Source: Setoptus koraiensis (taxonomy: Eukaryota; Animalia; Arthropoda). Taken from it: 64,000 bases of DNA. Location of the stretch: NCBI GenBank assembly GCA_048013815.1, contig CM106586.1:13764001-13828000 (forward strand), written 5' to 3'. Both the position numbers and the translations under genes were made by a program. Below are positions 45,556-56,083 of this stretch, piece after piece. The notes beneath the pieces are model-generated. The model was not told where the DNA came from. It ran no database searches and worked only from the letters and a program-made list of their open reading frames with translations. Position 1 is the first letter of the stretch. Each line of letters begins with the position of its first letter.

Positions 45556-47769
45556 ATGGATCTTTTCGAAATGTTGCCGTCGGAGCTGTTGCTCAGGATC
45601 CTCAGTTATTTGGACTTACTTGATCGATACAATTTAGCCCAAATGTCACAAAGATTGAGCGAGTTAATTCATGATACCAACAGATTTCAAGACGGGTTCG
45701 CTCTCAGTAGCCCCCGATCGGAGCTTCTAGATTGTCAAGTGTTGGAGCCAATTCTTCGTGAGCTGCCAAAAATAAGACGGCTCGACCTGAGCTATGCGAT
45801 CAGAAGATATGTGCCGAGTTCTCATTCCTATCTCATGGATAACTGCAGCTTATTAACCACACTTAATTTGAGTGGCTCATCATTCGCAGCCAACGAGCTC
45901 ACTATGATGCTACGGCCTTTACGACATTTGACGGCGCTCGCACTGGATCATGTCGAGCTAGATGACCCGAATGAATTAAACTTAGCCTTGCCGAACATAT
46001 TCGACAAGCTGTTGCATCTCAGCATAATGGGAATCAAACGAAAACGTTTCCGCGAAGGCGACATCAGAGGATGCATGCTGCGTTCGCTAGATATCAGGAG
46101 GAGTTTCATAGTTGGTGATCCCGACGAACTTGAACACGAGGACGTATGGAGTTGTGAAGAAGCAAACCTTTTTCTGCTCGGTTGTCCACGATTGGAGAGC
46201 CTAGCGTTGACAGTGAAACAAGAGGAGTGGGGGAGCGCTTTTCTTAGCCGTATCTCTCAGCCGCATCATCCCGCGTATACTCGATTGCGCACTCTTGTTC
46301 TTGATCAATGCTACGACGATAATTTGTCATGTGACTTGATGACAATTATTAGCGGCGAACAAGCTGAATTACAGTATGAAAAAAGCACCACTCGCGCCAA
46401 CAAACTTAAAAAAATTACCTGCCCAAAAGCGATACGTGATTTGGAGAATCGTGTGTTGTCAATTTACAATGATTATTGGCTGCCAGAGTATCAACAACAA
46501 ATATTCACCGTGCGATGGAAGCGAGAATTTCGCCATAATATAAATTTTCTCATAGCGTTGCTAGATCGCCGCATACTGGACAATTCGTTCGCAAGAAAAA
46601 TCCATCATTTCAATGATATGCAAATGGTTGAATACGACTGCGTGGGTGATAGAAAGCTGTGGTCAGTCACAGGAATGCCTATATGCCTGAATAATGAGCG
46701 ATTTTTATATTTGAAATTTGAGATAGAAGAATTCTCGTCAGTGAAAAGCGGCATGGCGAAATCAGGCAATTACTTGGTGACCAACAAGAGTCTCGAGCGG
46801 TTCTATCAGGACTCGATCGAGAGGCTAAAAAGAAACATAAGACGCATTGCCGGCGATGCATTGTTGCGTGAAATTATCCAGAAAAGTTGTGGACACGGAA
46901 AAGTCGTGTGTAACTTAGATTCCAATAACCCGCTGAGACCACGTGAGTACGCAAACATACGCACGGCGAACGAGGCCATTAGATCGGCAGTATTCAATCG
47001 AATCACTCTATTGGAGGCACCAGGACAAGAGACGAACAGGATAAAGTCTATCGTGTCATTGGCAACTTATTTATTCAGGACAATACCATGCCTTCCTATA
47101 GAGCCTTGTAGCTCAAAACTATTGATATGCGCAGGTAGTGCCGGTTCGCTCGAGGCTATCGCAAATAAAATCCGCGAATTGGAGGAGTGGACTGACATGG
47201 ATTGGACTGACAATTGGAGTGATTTGTGTGGGTTTAATGCGAATGTGAGAATATTCAGCTCCGACTCTCAGCCGCGACAATCATCTCGTTCCTATTCTGA
47301 TATTTCCATTGATGAAGATATTATTTTTAATATTTCTGATGATGATGACTATGAGGAATGTCACTGTGAGGAGGTCAATGTGGAAAATTTGAGAATCGAC
47401 ACGAGAGATCTAAAAGTCGATGTAGAAGAAAGAAGAATGTTTGGACGCATGTCGTGTACAAGGCGAATTTTCCTCGATGATTTTGGTACCGTTAGAACTA
47501 AGTGCAACGTGATTTTATGCACTTTTCAAGATGCACTCAAATTGTCGGCGTGGAGCAAACTGTTAATCGATTCTTTAATACTTTACGAATGTAACGAGTT
47601 CATTATGTCTGATGTGCATCTGTTATTTCATTTTTTACCCAGACGGACAGTACTTGTGTCCGACAGTAATAAGGAAGACGCTGTATTTACTAGTTTCAAA
47701 AAGATGGGCTTCAAGCCTATATTGCTGAATGATATTTGTTATAGCAAAGACGACATAATAAATATTTAA
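45556..47769 (+). CDS. F-box + leucine-rich-repeat protein with C-terminal degenerate Upf1/NAM7-like (SF1B) helicase domain (737 aa)
   Basis: F-box LFEMLPSELLLRILSYLDLLDRYNLAQMSQRL; LRRs IRRLDLSY, LTTLNLSGS, LTALALDHV, LESLALT and LRTLVLDQC; C-terminal ordered helicase-like motifs (see findings). Confidence 0.85.
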   Translation: MDLFEMLPSELLLRILSYLDLLDRYNLAQMSQRLSELIHDTNRFQDGFALSSPRSELLDCQVLEPILRELPKIRRLDLSYAIRRYVPSSHSYLMDNCSLLTTLNLSGSSFAANELTMMLRPLRHLTALALDHVELDDPNELNLALPNIFDKLLHLSIMGIKRKRFREGDIRGCMLRSLDIRRSFIVGDPDELEHEDVWSCEEANLFLLGCPRLESLALTVKQEEWGSAFLSRISQPHHPAYTRLRTLVLDQCYDDNLSCDLMTIISGEQAELQYEKSTTRANKLKKITCPKAIRDLENRVLSIYNDYWLPEYQQQIFTVRWKREFRHNINFLIALLDRRILDNSFARKIHHFNDMQMVEYDCVGDRKLWSVTGMPICLNNERFLYLKFEIEEFSSVKSGMAKSGNYLVTNKSLERFYQDSIERLKRNIRRIAGDALLREIIQKSCGHGKVVCNLDSNNPLRPREYANIRTANEAIRSAVFNRITLLEAPGQETNRIKSIVSLATYLFRTIPCLPIEPCSSKLLICAGSAGSLEAIANKIRELEEWTDMDWTDNWSDLCGFNANVRIFSSDSQPRQSSRSYSDISIDEDIIFNISDDDDYEECHCEEVNVENLRIDTRDLKVDVEERRMFGRMSCTRRIFLDDFGTVRTKCNVILCTFQDALKLSAWSKLLIDSLILYECNEFIMSDVHLLFHFLPRRTVLVSDSNKEDAVFTSFKKMGFKPILLNDICYSKDDIINI

Positions 47770-47899
47770 TCATTGTAAGTTTAAGTCGTACCGACTCGGT
47801 CATTGAATCAATTAAATTGATTGTTTCAATTATTCAGGATTAGTTGTACGTGTTGTCGATGTTAGTTGTTGCAAAACTGTTGTGTTCTTGTGCACGCAA

Positions 47900-48200
47900 A
47901 TGATCGCTCTAGTCCCTCCAAAGCCGAATCTGAGGCATTTTCCTTCGGGGATGTGTATCTGATAGCAAGAGATTGCATGATATATTCTTTATTGGCGACA
48001 GTAGTACATGGAACGCTCGCCCACTCGTTTGAATAGCCATCCATTAAAACCGCCAGCACAGGAGTAGCATTCCAGTTCGCCATCCATCGCATCAGAAGTG
48101 TACGAGCTTTCATAAATTTGAGTATTATTATTGTTTTTTTCTTCATCTATTCTAACCAAATCGATAATGGGAGATTGATCATTGGGTACCATCTGTGAGT
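47900..48200 (-). pseudogene. Decayed 3' fragment of orphan membrane family
   Basis: IIDLVRIDEE...DAMDGELECYSCAGGFNGWLFKRVGE versus TIDLSRIDEE...DELDSDLVCYTYANGLKGWLLNQLGD in 48431; frameshifted afterwards. Confidence 0.75.
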
Positions 48201-48430
48201 TTTAAAATAGGGTAGAGAAAGGTAGCCCGAGGTGATGCATAGAGGAAAAATTTTCGGTAACAAACCAGGACGACTAGTTTAACTAATCGGAGCATAGCAT
48301 AGTGAATTCAAATTCATATCGATCCAATATCTTCAATAGTTTGCTAGGGGTCAAACTTTATTTTATTATTCTCATTCTGGCATGGTCGAAGCACGGGATG
48401 AATGAACTATTACTATTGGACTAACTATTA

Positions 48431-50041
48431 CTAATAGAATCCCCTCGGAAATCTACCATTGTCTGTATAACACCAGTAACTCAAGAAAAATGCGGCAATT
48501 ATCGCAATGAATACGGATCCCATGCACAGACTAGTGATTATACCTACTTCAGCACCGTGCGAGCCGCCAAGATAGTGATGGTGATGGGCTGCAGCAGTTG
48601 CAAGGTGAGCCCCGGTTGTTGATGTTGCCATCGTTGCCGCAGTGCCGCCAAATTGCACCTCACCCTCGGGATCTTGATAGTCCTGGAACAGCGATTGTTT
48701 GAACGATTCGTCTTTCACATTCACATGAATATATCTCGTTATTAGAAGATCACCCAATTGATTTAATAGCCACCCTTTAAGACCGTTCGCATAAGTGTAG
48801 CATACCAGATCGCTATCTAGTTCATCGAAAATATCTCGCTGTTCAAAGATGTAAATAGATTGATTTTCACTCGAATTGTCTGTTTCTTCATCAATTCTGC
48901 TCAGATCAATTGTGACCAATTGCTCATGATGATCCGAAACATCTCTATTCAGCTTCAATAACGGTCCTTGCTCCACGTCGAGATGCATATCGAGCAATAA
49001 AACGCTCTGGCAATATTGGACGGCTTTTATCCACTTTTGCACACGTTCATTGCCGTCCAGACTTATATCGACACTATTCGATTCATCTCTAGCAAGATAA
49101 CCTTTCCACGCCAGTCTGGGTATTGTATAGACAGAGTTTTGTGCATAAGACTCGATCAGATCGCAAGCCTGTCTGGTTTTCGAGAATGCATCAAATTTAT
49201 CCATGTCATTTACTGTAACACCAAGATAGAATGCAGCTTCCGGTTCCGGTTTCATCGATTCTAACAGTATGATATTTTCTACTCTGTTGAATAACTTTAC
49301 TTTACTCTTTAGAATCAAGTCCAGTAGAAAATTTATGCTAGCCGAAAGTTTTCCATTCAGTTCGGCGGAAACTGCTGATCTCGATTCATCTCTCGCATCT
49401 GCAACATTGAGAATCAATTCAATGCTATCCACTAATCTGCTATTATTCCTTTCGATCTCTTCCAGCTTTTGAGCAAGCGACTTCTTGCATGTGAGAATCA
49501 CTTGACCGGCGAACAAACTAAAAAAACGAGATAGCCTATGCTTTTGTTTACTCGTAAAAAAGAGTATCTTATTGTGTAATATATTCTCTTTCATTCTCCT
49601 GTCGAATTTTAACAATTCATCGGCGAAGTCTTTTTGGCATACCGAATTGATACGTGAAGAATGATCGACGATTTCTTTCAGCTTCCTAAGATCACCATGA
49701 CCATCAATACTGTGCATGCATCTATCCAATGTTGCTCTTTCTATCTTCACATCTTCAGTAGTAAATATTACTTGCTCGTCTTCATCGAAATTCTCCTTAC
49801 CTGACAAAAGATGTTGCAGATGTTGTGTGGATTCTACATCATCTTTTATAAGTTTGCTAGCATAGAACTGAAAATCTTTGATTGTGCGGATGCTTCGGAA
49901 CGCCTCTCTGCATTTTTCTTTTGTCCATAGTTCTGGTTCCGAAGTGAGGGCGCCAGTGGGGAACAAGCTAATGCAGACTATGCAAACAAATAATGCGACT
50001 TCAGTTGTGTACTTCATTGTAGAACTCGAAGAAATCTTCAT
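48431..50041 (-). CDS. Orphan type I membrane protein, family member 3 (536 aa)
   Basis: Signal peptide (the second Met, MKYTTEVALFVCIVCISLFPTGA, is the likely start), family motifs, AHHHH tract, TM helix and short tail. Confidence 0.9.
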   Translation of the reverse strand: MKISSSSTMKYTTEVALFVCIVCISLFPTGALTSEPELWTKEKCREAFRSIRTIKDFQFYASKLIKDDVESTQHLQHLLSGKENFDEDEQVIFTTEDVKIERATLDRCMHSIDGHGDLRKLKEIVDHSSRINSVCQKDFADELLKFDRRMKENILHNKILFFTSKQKHRLSRFFSLFAGQVILTCKKSLAQKLEEIERNNSRLVDSIELILNVADARDESRSAVSAELNGKLSASINFLLDLILKSKVKLFNRVENIILLESMKPEPEAAFYLGVTVNDMDKFDAFSKTRQACDLIESYAQNSVYTIPRLAWKGYLARDESNSVDISLDGNERVQKWIKAVQYCQSVLLLDMHLDVEQGPLLKLNRDVSDHHEQLVTIDLSRIDEETDNSSENQSIYIFEQRDIFDELDSDLVCYTYANGLKGWLLNQLGDLLITRYIHVNVKDESFKQSLFQDYQDPEGEVQFGGTAATMATSTTGAHLATAAAHHHHYLGGSHGAEVGIITSLCMGSVFIAIIAAFFLSYWCYTDNGRFPRGFY

Positions 50042-50850
50042 ATACCGGACACTAACTACAACAATTCCGAATCTCTGGATAATCGATTATCTCATCGCCA
50101 CAGATTCAGTTTTCAAAGTTGTTTTAGAGCGCATTCAAACGTTTTATCGATCATAGCAATATGTGAGTTACTAAAAATTCATCCGAAATACAGGAGCTAT
50201 AAATAACCGTCGTTGGCTTGCTGTTTTGCAACATCAAGACTGTTCGCCAGGGCTGCACTCATCGCAATGGTGTCTGAGAATTTAAACTGTCACATTGACA
50301 CAAAGAATTTCATTTTGGAAATATTTTATCATGGATTGACTATTTTTTTTTGTGGAAAAACAAGTGCCGGATGGACACAATCAGGAGAAAATACTCCTCT
50401 TTTGGGCCAGACTCACAAAATAAGGTCTATTTAGGTTGCATCAAGCGATGCTCATATTCTCAAATATTCTATACTAGTGTTCACGGTATGTATGCATTCT
50501 GTTGACGTTTGCATGTTTTTTCATTAAAGGGTAATCATTGATCTTCTTTTATGCTGATACGGTGTTTACTTTCGCATATATATCTATAGAATTTTTACAT
50601 TATGCTACGATCCTGACCAAATCTAAGATCAAAGAGAATATCTAAAGCGTTGATATTTGACGCAAATCAAATCGGTTGTCGGACATTGATCCTTATTGAT
50701 TTAGTTAGCAGATTGGATCAATTCGCTCAGTCATCCAGTAGATAACCTAATGAAATATTTTTCTATATCGAGCTGTGCAATGTCTCCGCTGACAGGTTGC
50801 CACAATTGACTCTAGCAGAGCTTCAAATGTAGCTCCAATGAGTCATTCAA

Positions 50851-51348
50851 CTAGTGAAAGTGTTCTCCTTCAGATCTAATGGGTATTTTGGAAATCCATT
50901 TCAATATTTTGTTGATCAAAGCCTGGAAAATACTGCACGTAGCTTCAAAGAGGTCGACAATAATTTTGAAATACTTGATAATTGGTAGGACTCTAATAAC
51001 ATTTGCTAATTTATCGCATATAGCAATGTCTGGCACCTCTTCTTCGCTCATTTCACTACTGGCCAACAACTCTCTTGTGAGCCCTGATTCAATAGGATCC
51101 TCTTCCGATTGATCAGTTGCTCACAAGGCTCTGTCGACAAAAGAGCAAATTGTATAAAGTTCGGGCCACGACCCGTCAACAACCCTATAAGGAGACAGTG
51201 CTGCCTCGGTCCCAGGGTCGTCCAATTTTTCATTCGAAAATAAATCAAGTGCACCCAAACTCGGCATGACTAAACATAGGGCAAGCTCCAAAGACAATAA
51301 TCCTGCTGTTGCGTGTTGTATTAAGTTTTTTTGTGACATTGTCATCAA
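50851..51348 (-). pseudogene. Probable decayed secreted-protein gene
   Basis: ORFs 51121..51348 and 50851..51069 share one frame and are separated by a single TGA; hydrophobic N-terminal segment AGLLSLELALCLVMPSLGA. Confidence 0.35.
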
Positions 51349-51575
51349 TTATTTTGATTTTTATTTTTCCTAAATCAACCCGATATAGTAATATATGAAT
51401 GCATATGAAAATAACACAGGCCGCGGCATCGGTCAATGCGGGGGACGGCAGTGGGTCGAAATAAATTCCGACAATTGATTTGTTTGCTTTTTTTTATTGT
51501 GAGATATCCAATGAAATGAAAAATTAAACTCGATGGAAATGGTGCAATTATAAGTTTGAATATGAAATTGAATAT

Positions 51576-52217
51576 CTAGTGCAGCAACCAACTAATGTCT
51601 GCTTGTTCCAGCCTTAGACGCTCGTCACTCAATATAACACTGCTGAGCTGATGTGGACGGGCCAGGCTAGATTTTGTGGGTGTCTTGAACTTTTTTACAT
51701 CTTCGGTCAGATCCGATATGGACTCAGACGAGTCAAATGTTGAATATCTGTTATCTCTACCTGTGGCCGTGATAATACCCAATCTGATCTGACCTGGATC
51801 CGGTTGCGAGCTAGCACTCTTTCCAATGTAAGTGTCCGACGATGTTTCGTCGTCTTCGTCGCCCTCTGGAAGATCAAAATCCTCATATTGCACATTTTCG
51901 TCCGGTGATTTGTCGGATCTGTCTCCCTCTTGGTAGTTTGTATTATTGTTTTTCGTGACTTCAGCACTTGGTAACACACCCAATAACGGCTGGGCTTTAG
52001 TCTTAGTACCCGATTCAAGTGGCTTTGTTGATTGTTGATTCTTTGACAGGTTGTTTAGTTGTTCAACATCTGCAGAATTTACGAAAGAAGTGCAGCTACT
52101 TACGCTCGATTGTGGACGCTGTGAACAATAATTTCGGTAACATTCGAACATGAGAAAGACAAGGAATATCAATAAAATGATACTAATGAGCAAATAGATG
52201 GCGTCATCTGAATTCAT
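51576..52217 (-). CDS. Single-pass (type III-like) membrane protein with disordered Tyr-containing tail (213 aa)
   Basis: N-terminal TM AIYLLISIILLIFLVFLMF, juxtamembrane Cys residues, acidic low-complexity tail with YEDF, YIGK and YSTF. Confidence 0.7.
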   Translation of the reverse strand: MNSDDAIYLLISIILLIFLVFLMFECYRNYCSQRPQSSVSSCTSFVNSADVEQLNNLSKNQQSTKPLESGTKTKAQPLLGVLPSAEVTKNNNTNYQEGDRSDKSPDENVQYEDFDLPEGDEDDETSSDTYIGKSASSQPDPGQIRLGIITATGRDNRYSTFDSSESISDLTEDVKKFKTPTKSSLARPHQLSSVILSDERLRLEQADISWLLH

Positions 52218-53062
52218 ATTTTTTGGGAATCATATCCGGCCCACATTGAGTACGGGCGTCATTATCCAGCAATGTCGAATGAATAATGTTGCCAGCTCGC
52301 GATAAAAAATCGTTTGTCACTGTTATAATCTGCAACTGTTTTTCAATTGTCGCACACAATTGCGCAACGCACATTGTATTGTATAATACATTGTGTACTG
52401 TGTATGTAGACTGAGAGCTCGCGCTTGGCCCCGTTGCCGGGCTCAGTTTTCGGAATGCTGACAAAAGTGATCAACAAAAGAGGCATTCGTTAGTGAATTT
52501 GGAAATTCTAATTATCCCAATTTGTTGCTATATGGATTGTTCCAAAAATTGCGAACTCGACTTGACGATATTACCGAGAAGGTCCAATTGCAGGTGAAAA
52601 TCAACTCGTGAACTGATGATGGGGCGTTAAAGATACAAGAAAAATAAAAATTAGTTCCAGGTACAACTTCGACCATCAGCTAAATCGACCAGAAATTGTT
52701 GTTATTCTATTTTTCTTTCGCGCAGGATGCATGAATAATAGAATATTCGCCAACATTATCATTGAAAATTTTGACTGTACCAATCAAAAGCATTTTTTTT
52801 TCCACTATATCGTGTGCTTATTTTTTCATGTTCAATCTCAATTTCATATTAATCTATCGACGCAATGGCCACAGCAATCAATTAGCCTGAACATGTGTGA
52901 TCAGGTATCTGATTACGTAAGATTTCCAACTTAAAACCTCGCGTCTACAGCTCAAGGCGAAATAGGAGCCAAATTATTCTGTCGTTAGTAGTCTTCTGTT
53001 AATAGTCAAGAATGTAGTGATTGGTTTTTCAAATTTGCTCTCTCTCCCCTCTCCCCCTCTCA

Positions 53063-53064
<2 letters not shown>

Positions 53065-53105
<41 letters not shown>
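53065..53105. repeat. (CT)n/(GA)n microsatellite about 90 bp upstream of the protease-homolog gene
   Basis: Directly visible. Confidence 0.95.
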
Positions 53106-53109
<4 letters not shown>

Positions 53110-53197
53110 GCACCACCAAGCCAGATGATGGTGTGGTTAATTTGTGTGTGACAACATTTATTTATAAAGTCGCGCTTCACTTATAACCTGTAGAAAA

Positions 53198-54991
53198 ATG
53201 TCCCCTCTGTTCGGGTGCCGAAAAATTGGCATCATCTGGTCGTTGTCCATAGCACTCTTACTACTAAACACTTTTTTCTTTGATAAATCACAAGCTCGAC
53301 GGCACAATTCCAATGCCAATATTAATACCGGCGACGAGGACAGCGCCAATAAGGAGAACTCAAAACGAAACGGTTTCAACTTCGACTTACTTGGAGGTAT
53401 CAAGAATACAACAAAAAAAATGGCCTCGTCGCTTTTGCCCATTCTGACACAATCTCATTTGCTTAGTCCCAATACGGGTAAAAATGCTAAAAGAAATCGA
53501 TGGGCCAAAATGCCATCTCAACCTTCCATAAGCAAGCCTACGCCGCCCACTGCTCCAGATGTGGCACCGGCCAAGTCAGTATCAAGCAGCAAATTACCTG
53601 TTGATGCGCCGGTGGACCCAAGTAAAAAACAAAAAAAGCCATCTGGCCAGAAGTCAACTGTGCCACCGCTAGATCCATTCGCGGCCCCAGCTACGCGCAT
53701 TACCAGGAAACCCAAACGCAAGCATAAGAAACGAAAGAAGGACAAAACAAAACAGCCGAAGGCGAGCACCACCACCAAGCCAGTTCAACCGAAGCCGTCT
53801 GGTCACCATGAAAGCCGGAACGATTTGAATCTCAGTGAATGCAAAAATTACAAAAAATTGTACGAATCAAAAGATATTACACAGGACAAAAAGGAAACAT
53901 TGGATCTTTTGTGCAATCCGACGAGACAGCCAGACAATCAAACTGACAGCGGTGCTGAGCCGGCCACGAGAAGCGCCCCAATACCCGCTATGACAGAGCC
54001 AGTGTCCAAGGCCAGCAATGACGTTGCAAAATCAACTATTCAAACGACAACAGAGTCTTGTGGCACCAAAAATTATGCCATGGTCGAGGCGGATAAACAG
54101 CGATTATCGGCGTATAACTTCACAACCGATGTGGACGTAATTAATAAATTTGAAGATTGTGAACTTGGCGAATGGCCCTGGCAGGCTACTGTGCGAGCAG
54201 GATCTAAATTGTGCGGTGGTGTTGTAATAAGTGATAGAATAATTTTGGCGTCGGCTCACTGTTTTCACGATGCAAACATTGATATCAGAAGCAAAAGTGC
54301 CATTGAATCATTCAGCATTGATGCCATTGTCGGTTTGTCGCGTTTAAAGGGTGGCCAGCATCACACTATATACAAATTGGACGAAAAATGTCACAGTACC
54401 CGGAAAACGGAAGAGATAAATTTTTCAATTTTTTATGATTATGTTCTGTTTAGAACAATGAACAAGATCAAAATGGGCAATGTTGTACAGCCCTTGTGTT
54501 TGCAAAAAAATTTAGCTTTAAAAGATTCCACAAATAAGGTGTGTTTTGCCACTGGCTGGCCCGAAATTGACGTAGAACATAATGTTTTCCCCGACAAATT
54601 GACAAGGTTGAGGTTGTTCAAAACGGAATGTTCACCGGCACTAGCTCAATTGGAGAAATCGGCCCATGCAACACAAAACTGTTACCATGGCACTAGAATT
54701 ATTCACGAACAAGTAAAAACACCAACGTCGGAGGCCAAAGAAATGCAAGTCGCCAAACAGCTGTGCGACTTGGGCCATTTTGGTGGGCCTATTTCTTGTT
54801 GGGACAACCAAAATAATAGGTGGTACTTGGAGGGTGTGACCACAGCCGAGCACAACGATTGTAAAAAAATTCATGATTACAAAGAGGGCACCGATTCTAA
54901 ATCAATTAACAAGTCAGTAATCTTCAGCGGTTTCTCCGAAGAACGCGTTGCAAACATCGAGGATTGTATCAGGCGACTGACTACGAGCTAG
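53198..54991 (+). CDS. Secreted trypsin-fold serine protease homolog, predicted inactive (597 aa)
   Basis: Signal peptide, long Pro/Lys/Thr-rich linker, then SCG...GEWPWQA, LCGGVVISDRIILASAHC, YDYVLF, VQPLCL, CFATGW and GHFGGPISC (GDSGGP lost). Confidence 0.9.
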   Translation: MSPLFGCRKIGIIWSLSIALLLLNTFFFDKSQARRHNSNANINTGDEDSANKENSKRNGFNFDLLGGIKNTTKKMASSLLPILTQSHLLSPNTGKNAKRNRWAKMPSQPSISKPTPPTAPDVAPAKSVSSSKLPVDAPVDPSKKQKKPSGQKSTVPPLDPFAAPATRITRKPKRKHKKRKKDKTKQPKASTTTKPVQPKPSGHHESRNDLNLSECKNYKKLYESKDITQDKKETLDLLCNPTRQPDNQTDSGAEPATRSAPIPAMTEPVSKASNDVAKSTIQTTTESCGTKNYAMVEADKQRLSAYNFTTDVDVINKFEDCELGEWPWQATVRAGSKLCGGVVISDRIILASAHCFHDANIDIRSKSAIESFSIDAIVGLSRLKGGQHHTIYKLDEKCHSTRKTEEINFSIFYDYVLFRTMNKIKMGNVVQPLCLQKNLALKDSTNKVCFATGWPEIDVEHNVFPDKLTRLRLFKTECSPALAQLEKSAHATQNCYHGTRIIHEQVKTPTSEAKEMQVAKQLCDLGHFGGPISCWDNQNNRWYLEGVTTAEHNDCKKIHDYKEGTDSKSINKSVIFSGFSEERVANIEDCIRRLTTS

Positions 54992-56083
54992 CTACCATTG
55001 CGTCAATAAATAAATAAAAAAATCTTTAATAATCGCCTCAACAATTTGCATCGCTAATACATCGGCCTCGGTAAGCAACATGAAAAACGAAAAGTGAAAT
55101 TGTCTCGTTTGTTTCCGCTCGTGCTAGAAATGGACCACGCTTCTATGTATTATCTGAAGCAAATTTTTTCCTTTGCCTCGAAGAAAAACTTTCGCTATGA
55201 CACCCATCGATATAGACTGATCGAACTGACCCTCGGAGGCTTGTCGAGAATGTGCTTGTTGTCTATCATTCAATCAAGATTTTTCGCGGTTACTGAAGAT
55301 GATGACTGAGCCCTAAAGTGGAAATTCTTCAGCACTTGGCAAATATTTTCGGCCTGCTATTTGTTTTTTTTTTTTCATTTTCATAATGTCAGAGCCCGTT
55401 GGATATGGATAGTCATTCCGAGTGCGCCTGGAATCAATCACATCAACAACCAAATGTTTGTGTCCTTCATCGCAATTTCGTTAGTGAGCTCTTTTCTCCG
55501 ACAAGCTCGCAATTGCACGAATAGTGAGTGTAACGAGTGAACACAACCTATTTTTATTTTTAAGCGATTTTTTTTTTGATCTCAATAGTTAGTAAATTAT
55601 TCTGGCGGAAAGAGATGAGCGCTCACTAGCTGACTTCATTGATTCACGTGCGCCGGTACATTTAGACAAACAGCTTAAGAAATGAGAAGATTTTTTTTGA
55701 TTGTATTGTTACTACTACACGCAGTCATCACTAATTAGCAGTCCAATAGTAAACAATTGCTTGCTAATTGAGTCGCCCCACCTGTACAAATCTGTTTAGA
55801 TGTGCCTATCTCGCAGAGACACTTACAGGGCACGCGAGCGCCCTTCTCAATTTGTGCAATTCATTTGTTTTTTTCATTTGTTTATTATGCCTCGTTCACA
55901 GATCACAACGACAAGCTCGCTCATTGAGTGTCCGAATCGGTGTTATCCGGACTCACAAAAGTAACTGCTACTGTTATTATTATTATTATTGATTATTATT
56001 ATTTTTTGTATTATTGGTCACTATTAGACAGCCACAAAGAATCGAAAATAATTAAAGTGTTTGAGATTATTTAGTTAAAAATC

